From: Thermoanaerobaculia bacterium
Lineage (GTDB): Bacteria > Acidobacteriota > Thermoanaerobaculia > Gp7-AA8
Direction: 5' to 3'
DNA length: 31,282 nt
NCBI GenBank assembly: GCA_035577085.1
Contig: DATLVW010000883.1
Span: 1 to 31,282, forward strand
How positions within the stretch are numbered: position 1 is the first letter of the stretch; each line of letters starts with the position of its first letter. Positions 25,577-31,282 of the stretch are shown here, piece by piece. The notes below the pieces were generated by a model. That model ran no database searches. It was not told where the DNA came from and saw nothing but the letters and a program-made list of their open reading frames with translations. The translations under genes and the position numbers were made by a program.

Positions 25577-26041
25577 TCATGCGGCTTTGGTGAGGAGCTT
25601 CTTCGGTTCGACCTTGATGGTCTTCGGTTTCGCTCCTTCCTTCTTCGGTAGCTGCACCTCGAGCAGTCCGTTGGCGAACGTCGCCGCGGCCTTCTCGGCA
25701 TCGATGTTCACCGGCAGCGTGAAGGAACGGAAGAACGTGCCGTAGTCGCGCTCGATGCGGCGATAGCCTTTCTCTTCCAGTTCCTTTTCCGCGGTCCGTT
25801 CACCTTTGATGGTGAGAACACCGTTCTCGATCTGGATGTCGACATCCTTCTCGTTCATGCCGGGAAGCTCCGCGCGAAGCACGATGTCATTCGTGGTTTC
25901 GATGACGTCGGTCTTCGGCGCCCAATCCGCCAGCGGCGTCTTGTCCTGGGTGAGCTGCGCCCAGAGACGATCCGTCCGTCCGCGAAGCGTCTGCAGCTCC
26001 TCGAAGGGATCCCATCGCTCAAACCTGGTGAGGAAATTCAT
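25577..26041 (-). CDS. Hsp20/alpha-crystallin small heat-shock protein
   Basis: APKTDVIET, RAELPGM, LTIKGER, RIERDYGTFFRSFTLP, NGLLEVQLPK. SD GGAGG before ATG 26041. Confidence 0.95.
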   Translation of the reverse strand: MNFLTRFERWDPFEELQTLRGRTDRLWAQLTQDKTPLADWAPKTDVIETTNDIVLRAELPGMNEKDVDIQIENGVLTIKGERTAEKELEEKGYRRIERDYGTFFRSFTLPVNIDAEKAAATFANGLLEVQLPKKEGAKPKTIKVEPKKLLTKAA

Positions 26042-26173
26042 GGTGTACCTCCTGTTTTTCATTGCCGCGTGCTGCGGCAATCAGAAGATAGGTCCGTGAT
26101 GGGATTGCGCAATTGTCAGCGGTCACCAATCGATACGTACGCTTGTCTCGGTACTGTGTGATTGCGGCTAAAC

Positions 26174-26219
26174 GAGAGCGCAGAGGTTCTCTCCGCGCCC
26201 TCCGCGTCTCCGCGTGAAA
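26174..26219. repeat. nonamer-family element
   Basis: CTCTCCGCGCCCTCCGCGTCTCCGCGTGAAA, near reverse complement of 21282-21314. Confidence 0.7.
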
Positions 26220-26249
26220 CGCTTTTCCTGCACCAGAGGAGACTGAGGT

Positions 26250-26441
26250 TCAGGCCAGATGGTGTTTCAGCACGTCATCTGTATTCCGTGAGAAATAGAT
26301 GACCACCACGGAGCCAAAGAGAATCGCCCACTTCCATGGCTGGACCTCGGGGAGGTCTTGCGAAATGTAGATCTGGATGCCGTAAATCACCGGCAACGCG
26401 ATCAACAGAATCCAACTGCACCAGAAGAGTGTTTTGCGCAT
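26250..26441 (-). CDS. small two-helix membrane protein
   Basis: 63 aa with two hydrophobic segments and a purine-rich region before the ATG. Confidence 0.65.
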   Translation of the reverse strand: MRKTLFWCSWILLIALPVIYGIQIYISQDLPEVQPWKWAILFGSVVVIYFSRNTDDVLKHHLA

Positions 26442-26512
26442 GACGGGTCTCCTTACGTCCCGATCTTGCGTCCCGAAATCTCCTCGGGGCGATGCGACGC
26501 GTTACGCTCGGA

Positions 26513-26539
26513 ATTGACGCACGTCACGCGTTGCTGTGA
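26513..26539. promoter_or_regulatory. CRP/FNR-like motif upstream of the small membrane protein
   Basis: ATTGA-N6-TCACG-N6-TGTGA, includes TTGAC-N4-GTCAC. It overlaps the last SCO codons. Confidence 0.45.
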
Positions 26540-27249
26540 CGTTGCGGCGGCGCAGCGATCGACGGCCGTCCCGCTCCAGGCGGACGAGCTCCGAAGAGCG
26601 TGAAGAGATGGACCGCGGAGAGCGCGCAGACGAGGAGGAGGATGGCCAGCACCCATCCGCCCGATTGCGCGATCCAGTCGCGGCCACCGCGGGCGATGTT
26701 GAGCGCTTCATCGATCTCGCCTCCGCGATACGTCGTGCCGGCCAGGTACTTCGCCGTTTTCAGATCCGGCGTCAGTGCGACTACGACGTTAGGGTGAGCC
26801 AGGAGTCCATTCGCATCGCCGACGCGGTATCCGATCGCGTCGAGCAATCGCCGCGTATCCGCCGGCTTCGCCATCACCACCGTCCAGGCGAGGGGGAGGT
26901 TGTGGCGTACGCGAAATCGGTGCAGATCAGCGGGTGTATCGCGCGCATCGAACGAGAAGATGACGACGCGATAGGTCGACGGATCTGCCGATGATTCGGC
27001 GGTGCCGCTCTTGAGACCCTGAACAATGAGGGGGCAAGCAATCGGACACCGCGCATACATCGGCGCGAGGATCGTCGGCGTACCGCGCCACTCGGCGGTC
27101 GAGCGCGTGCGGCCGGTGTCGTCGATCAGGTCGATCGTCGGAATCGTTGCGCCGACGGGAAACTCTTGCGCAGCGCTCACACGGCCGCCCGCGCGTAGCG
27201 TGACGGCCGCACCAGCGAGGAGAAGAGCGATTACGAACGAACGTCTCAT
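26524..27249 (-). CDS. SCO1/SenC copper chaperone
   Basis: CPIAC (CxxxC) motif, VVIFSFDARDTP, conserved His (LAHPN). ATG 27249 overlaps the subunit I stop. Confidence 0.9.
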   Translation of the reverse strand: MRRSFVIALLLAGAAVTLRAGGRVSAAQEFPVGATIPTIDLIDDTGRTRSTAEWRGTPTILAPMYARCPIACPLIVQGLKSGTAESSADPSTYRVVIFSFDARDTPADLHRFRVRHNLPLAWTVVMAKPADTRRLLDAIGYRVGDANGLLAHPNVVVALTPDLKTAKYLAGTTYRGGEIDEALNIARGGRDWIAQSGGWVLAILLLVCALSAVHLFTLFGARPPGAGRPSIAAPPQRHSNA

Positions 27250-28946
27250 TTTCGCAGTGCGACAGGACTGGCAGGGGAGTACCGCGGCGCACCTTCGTAG
27301 CGCGCTTTCGCGAGCTCGACGAAAGGCATCGTGTACGCGACGATGAGCAGGATGACTGTTGCCACGAGCCACGGCCGGAGACTCTGCAGCGCCACGATGT
27401 CCTCGTCGTGATAGGGCTCAGTCACCGGCAGCTCGAGCACGCCTGCCGACGATTTCTTTCGCAACAGCGTGCCGAAGAAGATGACGAAGTAGAGCAGCAC
27501 CGTCAGAAACATGATCACGCCGCCGATCGTGCCGGCCACTCTCGCCACATTCCACGATGGTTGATAAAGCGGCGAAGCGGGATTCGTGTACGACAGGCCC
27601 ATGTTCGTCCGGCGCGGCTCGCCTGCGATGCCGCCGATGAACAGGCCGGTCGAGAAGACCATGATGCCGAGGGTCCAGAGATACGGAATCCAGACGTTCA
27701 GCCGTTTGAGCGCGATCTCTTTTCCGCCGAGCGTCGAGATCAGCAGGAGGCTTCCGCCGATGAATGCCAGAAACACAGGCCCTGCAACCGTCTGATGAAA
27801 GTGTGCCGGCATCCAGGCCGTGTTGTGCACGACGTTGTCGAGACTGTACGACGCGTTGATGATGCCGGTGATGCCGCCGAAGATGAAGATGAACAGGCCG
27901 CAGAAGAGATAGGCGAACATCCAGCGATCGGTATCGAGCCACGGCAGCTTCTTCCACCAGCCGAACAGCCCCGTGCCGCCGCTCTTCCGCGCACCATGCT
28001 CCATCGACGCAGCCAGCGTGAATGCCGTGACGAGGCTAGGAATCGCCACCAGCATCGTGAAGAACGCGTGGACGAACTTCCACGTCGTGCTGATGCCCGG
28101 CTCCGTGTATTGATGATGAATGCCGATCGGTGCTGAGAAGGCGATCAGCCACATGAAGGTGAAGCGCCCCGCGAAATCGGAGTAGAGCTTCCCGCCGGTC
28201 AGCTTCGGCAGCATCGTGTAGTACATGACGTACGCCGGCAACAGCCAGAAGTAGACGAGCGGGTGGCCGAAGAACCAGAACAGCATGCGCGCCAGCGGCA
28301 CGTTCACGGTCTGCGTCCAGCCGAGGGACCAGGGGATGAGGAGGACGATGATCTCGATCGCGACGGGGATGGTGGCGATGAACCAGACGATGAACGTTGC
28401 GAAGACGCCCAGCACTGCCAGCGGCATCTTCGTCGCCGGATTCTCGCGCTTCCACTTCTGAAAAACGGGAATCCAACTGAAGAAGGCGACCCATGATCCG
28501 ATCACGAGAAGGACGAGCCCAATGTAGAACGCGGGATGGGCTTTCAGCGGCGGATAGAACGTGTAGAGCACGCTGGCGCTGCCGGTCAGCATCGGAATCG
28601 CGGCCATGATCGTGCCCCCGGTCATCAGAATCAGCGACCACCAGGCGGCGCCGAGGAGGAGCGGCTTGCCGGTGTAGAAGCGAATGACCGCGTGGCCGAA
28701 TGCAACCGCGAAGAACGTCGTGAAGACGATGGCGTTGATCGCGCCGTGCAGCGTCAGCCCCTGGTAATAGTTGATGCCGAGGAAGCTCTGTGACTTGATG
28801 ATACCGGCGCGAAAGAGCACCTGCAGAAGACCCATCGTGATCCCCAGGATGAGAAGGATCATCGGAAACACGATCTCGAAAAGGATGATCTTCGTCAGGC
28901 CTGGCTCGACATCCGTTCGCGAATACGGCTGCACCGCTGATTTCAT
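27246..28946 (-). CDS. cbaA: heme-copper oxidase subunit I, B family (ba3-like)
   Basis: YYQGLTLHG, WFFGHPLVYFW (no D-channel Glu), GIHHQY, PAHFHQTV. Confidence 0.93.
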   Translation of the reverse strand: MKSAVQPYSRTDVEPGLTKIILFEIVFPMILLILGITMGLLQVLFRAGIIKSQSFLGINYYQGLTLHGAINAIVFTTFFAVAFGHAVIRFYTGKPLLLGAAWWSLILMTGGTIMAAIPMLTGSASVLYTFYPPLKAHPAFYIGLVLLVIGSWVAFFSWIPVFQKWKRENPATKMPLAVLGVFATFIVWFIATIPVAIEIIVLLIPWSLGWTQTVNVPLARMLFWFFGHPLVYFWLLPAYVMYYTMLPKLTGGKLYSDFAGRFTFMWLIAFSAPIGIHHQYTEPGISTTWKFVHAFFTMLVAIPSLVTAFTLAASMEHGARKSGGTGLFGWWKKLPWLDTDRWMFAYLFCGLFIFIFGGITGIINASYSLDNVVHNTAWMPAHFHQTVAGPVFLAFIGGSLLLISTLGGKEIALKRLNVWIPYLWTLGIMVFSTGLFIGGIAGEPRRTNMGLSYTNPASPLYQPSWNVARVAGTIGGVIMFLTVLLYFVIFFGTLLRKKSSAGVLELPVTEPYHDEDIVALQSLRPWLVATVILLIVAYTMPFVELAKARYEGAPRYSPASPVALRK

Positions 28947-28962
28947 TTTGCTCCTCGGTCAG

Positions 28963-29730
28963 CTACTTGACTGTCTTGATGAATTGAATGATCGCGCGCA
29001 TCTCCGCGGGAGGGATCGTGGTCTCCGGCATCAGCGGATCGAAGCCCTTGACCGTCTTCGCGTTCGGTTTCTCGATCGATTCGAGCAGGTAGGCGTCATC
29101 AGCAACGGCCGTCGTGCCGTCGGCCAACGTGCGTTTGCTCCCGTAGAGGCCCTTGAACGTGGGTCCGGGCATCGGGCTGCCATCGAGTGAGTGACACGCG
29201 GTGCAGGCGTATTTGTCGAGAAGCTCCTGTCCGCCCAATGCCGCCTCGGCGACGGGTGGCGGAGGCGGCGCGGCTGCACGATCGGTGACATGGATTCGCG
29301 CCGCCATCTGGTGATGCTCGATTCCGCAGTACTCATTGCAGACGACGAGATACTCGCCCGGCTGATCGAACTTCACACGCGCGTAATTCACGGCGCCGGG
29401 GACGGCCATCAGGTTGATGTTTGTGCCGATGATCTGCATGCCGTGCGTCACGTCGGCGGTGCTCAGATAAATGTCCGCAGTCGATCCCGGCGGAATCGAA
29501 ATATCGGCCGGCTCAAATCGCCACATACGGGCGAGATAGTGAACCTCATAACGCTTCGGCGCCTGCGTAATGACTTTGCCATCGCGAAAAGGGCGCACAT
29601 CGGTCAGACAGGTAGGCAATCCGAAACCGAAGACCTTGACCGACATGGCGATGACGCCGGTGAGCGTGAGGACAAACAGCGCCGCGGTGACGACGATGCG
29701 CTTTTCGATGCCGATGGTCGCTGTGGTCAT
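28963..29730 (-). CDS. cbaB: heme-copper oxidase subunit II (CuA) fused to a C-terminal cytochrome c
   Basis: Single N-terminal TM helix, DVTHG and CNEYCGIEHHQM CuA ligands, then CTACH...GPTFKGL...LMP. Confidence 0.92.
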   Translation of the reverse strand: MTTATIGIEKRIVVTAALFVLTLTGVIAMSVKVFGFGLPTCLTDVRPFRDGKVITQAPKRYEVHYLARMWRFEPADISIPPGSTADIYLSTADVTHGMQIIGTNINLMAVPGAVNYARVKFDQPGEYLVVCNEYCGIEHHQMAARIHVTDRAAAPPPPPVAEAALGGQELLDKYACTACHSLDGSPMPGPTFKGLYGSKRTLADGTTAVADDAYLLESIEKPNAKTVKGFDPLMPETTIPPAEMRAIIQFIKTVK

Positions 29731-29733
29731 CGC

Positions 29734-29850
29734 TCAGCCTCGCGACACCATGACAAACATGAGCAGCAACCAGAACGCGGCGTAGAACACGACCATCGCG
29801 GCAAAGAACGCCACTGCGCCGCGCGGGAAGAAGGGAGTCTCGTCGTCCAT
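29734..29850 (-). CDS. cbaD: ba3-type oxidase subunit IIa (38 aa)
   Basis: Below the ORF-track cut-off. MDDETPFFPRGAVAFFAAMVVFYAAFWLLLMFVMVSRG has the P-x-GA...FW...RG pattern of subunit IIa; SD AAGAGG; first gene of the operon. Confidence 0.8.
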   Translation of the reverse strand: MDDETPFFPRGAVAFFAAMVVFYAAFWLLLMFVMVSRG

Positions 29851-29868
29851 AGGTGGTTTACCTCTTTT

Positions 29869-29945
29869 GCGGGGGTCGCGGGTCGGGAGTCGGGGGTCGG
29901 AGCGGCAGTGTCTACGACACCCGACCCCCGACCGGCGACCCCCGC
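29869..29945. repeat. hairpin built from 7-bp tandem units (GGGTCGG-like)
   Basis: GGGTCGC GGGTCGG GAGTCGG GGGTCGG ... CCGACCC CCGACC GGCGACCCCCGC, with terminal inverted repeat GCGGGGGTCGC/GCGACCCCCGC. Confidence 0.8.
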
Positions 29946-29972
29946 ATTCAACAAGGGCTCGCTACACGACGC

Positions 29973-29999
29973 GGTGCCGCCCGTCACATCAGAATGTGA
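29973..29999. promoter_or_regulatory. CRP/FNR-like motif in the oxidase/hydrogenase divergent region
   Basis: GGTGC-N6-TCACA-N6-TGTGA, with a perfect central TCACA-TCAGAA-TGTGA. Confidence 0.55.
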
Positions 30000-30134
30000 T
30001 CTCGCGAGTTGCGCACACATCGCTCTGTGCGGATTCGCACAATGACTCGTACGCCAGCGCACATCAGCAAGCGAGCGGGACGCCTACATTCCACCGCGTG
30101 CTCACAGAGTGCCGTGAGCCCGAAGGAGGGCGCA

Positions 30135-31262
30135 TTGAGCTTGCCACCTACCATCGCGCAACAAATGAAGCGGTCCGGAACCAGCCGGCGTGACTTCATG
30201 ACCCTTTGCGGCAAATTGATGGTTGCCGCGCCATTCGGATTAGCGCTGACGAATTTCACGAGTCCCAACGCAGTCGCGGCCGTGATCGGGCGAGCCAGAC
30301 GGCCCTCCGTCATCTGGTTGCACATGCAGGACTGCACCGGATGCACGGAAACGCTCCTGCGCACCTCGGAGCCCGCACTCGACACCCTCCTCTTCGACAT
30401 CATCTCGCTCGACTATCACGAGACCGTGATGGCAGCCTCGGGCGCGGATGCCGAAGCAGCGCTGCACGACGCGATGACGCAGAACGACGGCAAGTACGTG
30501 CTCGTGGTCGAGGGATCGATTCCGACCAAAGAGAACGGCAACTACCTGAAGATCGCCGGGCGCAATGGCATCGACATGCTGAAGGATGTGGCCAGCCACT
30601 CCGCAGCGGTCATCGCCATCGGCTCCTGCTCTTCGTGGGGCGGTGTGCCGTCGAGCGGCCCGAATCCCACCGGCGCGACCGGCGTCGACTCGATCATCAA
30701 GGACAAGCCGGTCATCAACCTTCCGGGCTGTCCGCCCAATCCGTACGTCTTCCTGGCTACAGTGCTCGAGTATGCAACGGCGGGGAAAGTGCCGAAACTC
30801 GATTCCCAGGGACGGCCGAAATTCGCATACGACCGCCTCATTCACGACCATTGTCCGCGCCGCGCCCACTTCGATAATGGCCGCTTCGCCGCGCAATTCG
30901 GCGACGCCGGGCATATTCAGGGCTATTGCCTCTACAAACTCGGCTGCAAAGGTCCGGTCACGCACGCGCCGTGCTCGACCCGCCATTTCAACGAAGTCGT
31001 GGATTGCTGGCCGATCGGCATCGGCGCTCCCTGCGTCGGCTGCACGGAAAAGGACATCGCCTTCAACGTTCCCATTTTCCAGACTGCGGACATGAAGGGC
31101 CAGGCGCCACCTGCCTTCTACCCGGAGGTTTCGCCCGAGCACAAAGGCATGAGCCCGATGGCGACCGGCGTCGCCGGACTCGTTGGCGGTGCCCTGGTCG
31201 GTGCCGGATACATCGCGTCACGGAAACTCGACAACACCAGCGGCGAACAGCCGAAGGAGTAA
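30135..31262 (+). CDS. hybO: [NiFe]-hydrogenase small subunit, HybO-like (group 1, probably 1c)
   Basis: TTG start behind AAGGAGG, Tat motif SRRDFM, CTGC, GSCSSWGG, PGCPPNP, HDHCPRR, CLYKLGCKGP, WPIGIGAPCVGC, C-terminal TM helix. Confidence 0.9.
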   Translation: MSLPPTIAQQMKRSGTSRRDFMTLCGKLMVAAPFGLALTNFTSPNAVAAVIGRARRPSVIWLHMQDCTGCTETLLRTSEPALDTLLFDIISLDYHETVMAASGADAEAALHDAMTQNDGKYVLVVEGSIPTKENGNYLKIAGRNGIDMLKDVASHSAAVIAIGSCSSWGGVPSSGPNPTGATGVDSIIKDKPVINLPGCPPNPYVFLATVLEYATAGKVPKLDSQGRPKFAYDRLIHDHCPRRAHFDNGRFAAQFGDAGHIQGYCLYKLGCKGPVTHAPCSTRHFNEVVDCWPIGIGAPCVGCTEKDIAFNVPIFQTADMKGQAPPAFYPEVSPEHKGMSPMATGVAGLVGGALVGAGYIASRKLDNTSGEQPKE

Positions 31263-31265
31263 GCG

Positions 31266-31282
31266 ATGGGCACGGACCGGCG
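31266..31282 (+). CDS. 5' fragment of the next hydrogenase-operon gene (possibly a HybA-like ferredoxin)
   Basis: ATG GGC ACG GAC CGG CG (MGTDR..) 3 bp after the small-subunit stop. Identity is inferred only from hyb operon order. Confidence 0.4.

Noticed and set aside
3221-25745. Long overlapping ORFs such as 3221..4369-, 8562..10151-, 11366..12238+, 14198..15988+, 23057..23860+ and 24297..25745+
   Set aside because: Arg/Ala/Gly-rich antisense or off-frame shadows of well-supported genes, expected in high-GC DNA, with no family motifs.
26100-26161. Further CRP-like site upstream of Hsp20
   Set aside because: Only scattered half-sites (CGTGA, TCACC, TGTGA) without the spacing seen at the other loci.
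30135-31262. O2-tolerant group 1d hydrogenase
   Set aside because: The supernumerary cysteines are absent (CTGC rather than CTCC; SWGG rather than SWGC).

Overview
High-GC chromosomal window that resembles Acidobacteriota/Thermoanaerobaculia (inferred from protein style, not from a marker gene). Left part: a cell-surface glycan locus (GT4 glycosyltransferase, NodU/CmcH carbamoyltransferase) split by a ~1 kb composite palindromic repeat array, then an orphan DUF104 antitoxin followed by a 6-codon toxin stub. Next is an unexplained minus-strand cassette: an 11 x 21-bp palindromic tandem array, an AT-rich spacer, an Arg-rich ORF ending in RGRAPP, and a TTG-started 189-aa protein whose Shine-Dalgarno (SD) is complementary to the RAPP codons. 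This is my best candidate for an undescribed system (arrest-peptide control). The rest looks like a low-oxygen/stress island: Zn-ADH, DUF488, Spy/CpxP-like protein, PLP trans-sulfuration enzyme, monoheme and secreted nonaheme cytochromes c, cupredoxin, CBS protein, ACT-malic enzyme + citrate synthase, Hsp20, and a B-family (ba3-like) oxidase operon with SCO divergent from a HybO-like [NiFe]-hydrogenase small subunit. Six to seven upstream regions share a TCACA-N6-TGTGA / CRP-FNR-like motif. A lower-GC gene for a membrane-flanked NACHT NTPase (defence candidate) with a decayed VOC gene interrupts the island. No rRNA, tRNA, CRISPR array or transposase was found. All assignments come from motif recognition by eye; no database search was run.
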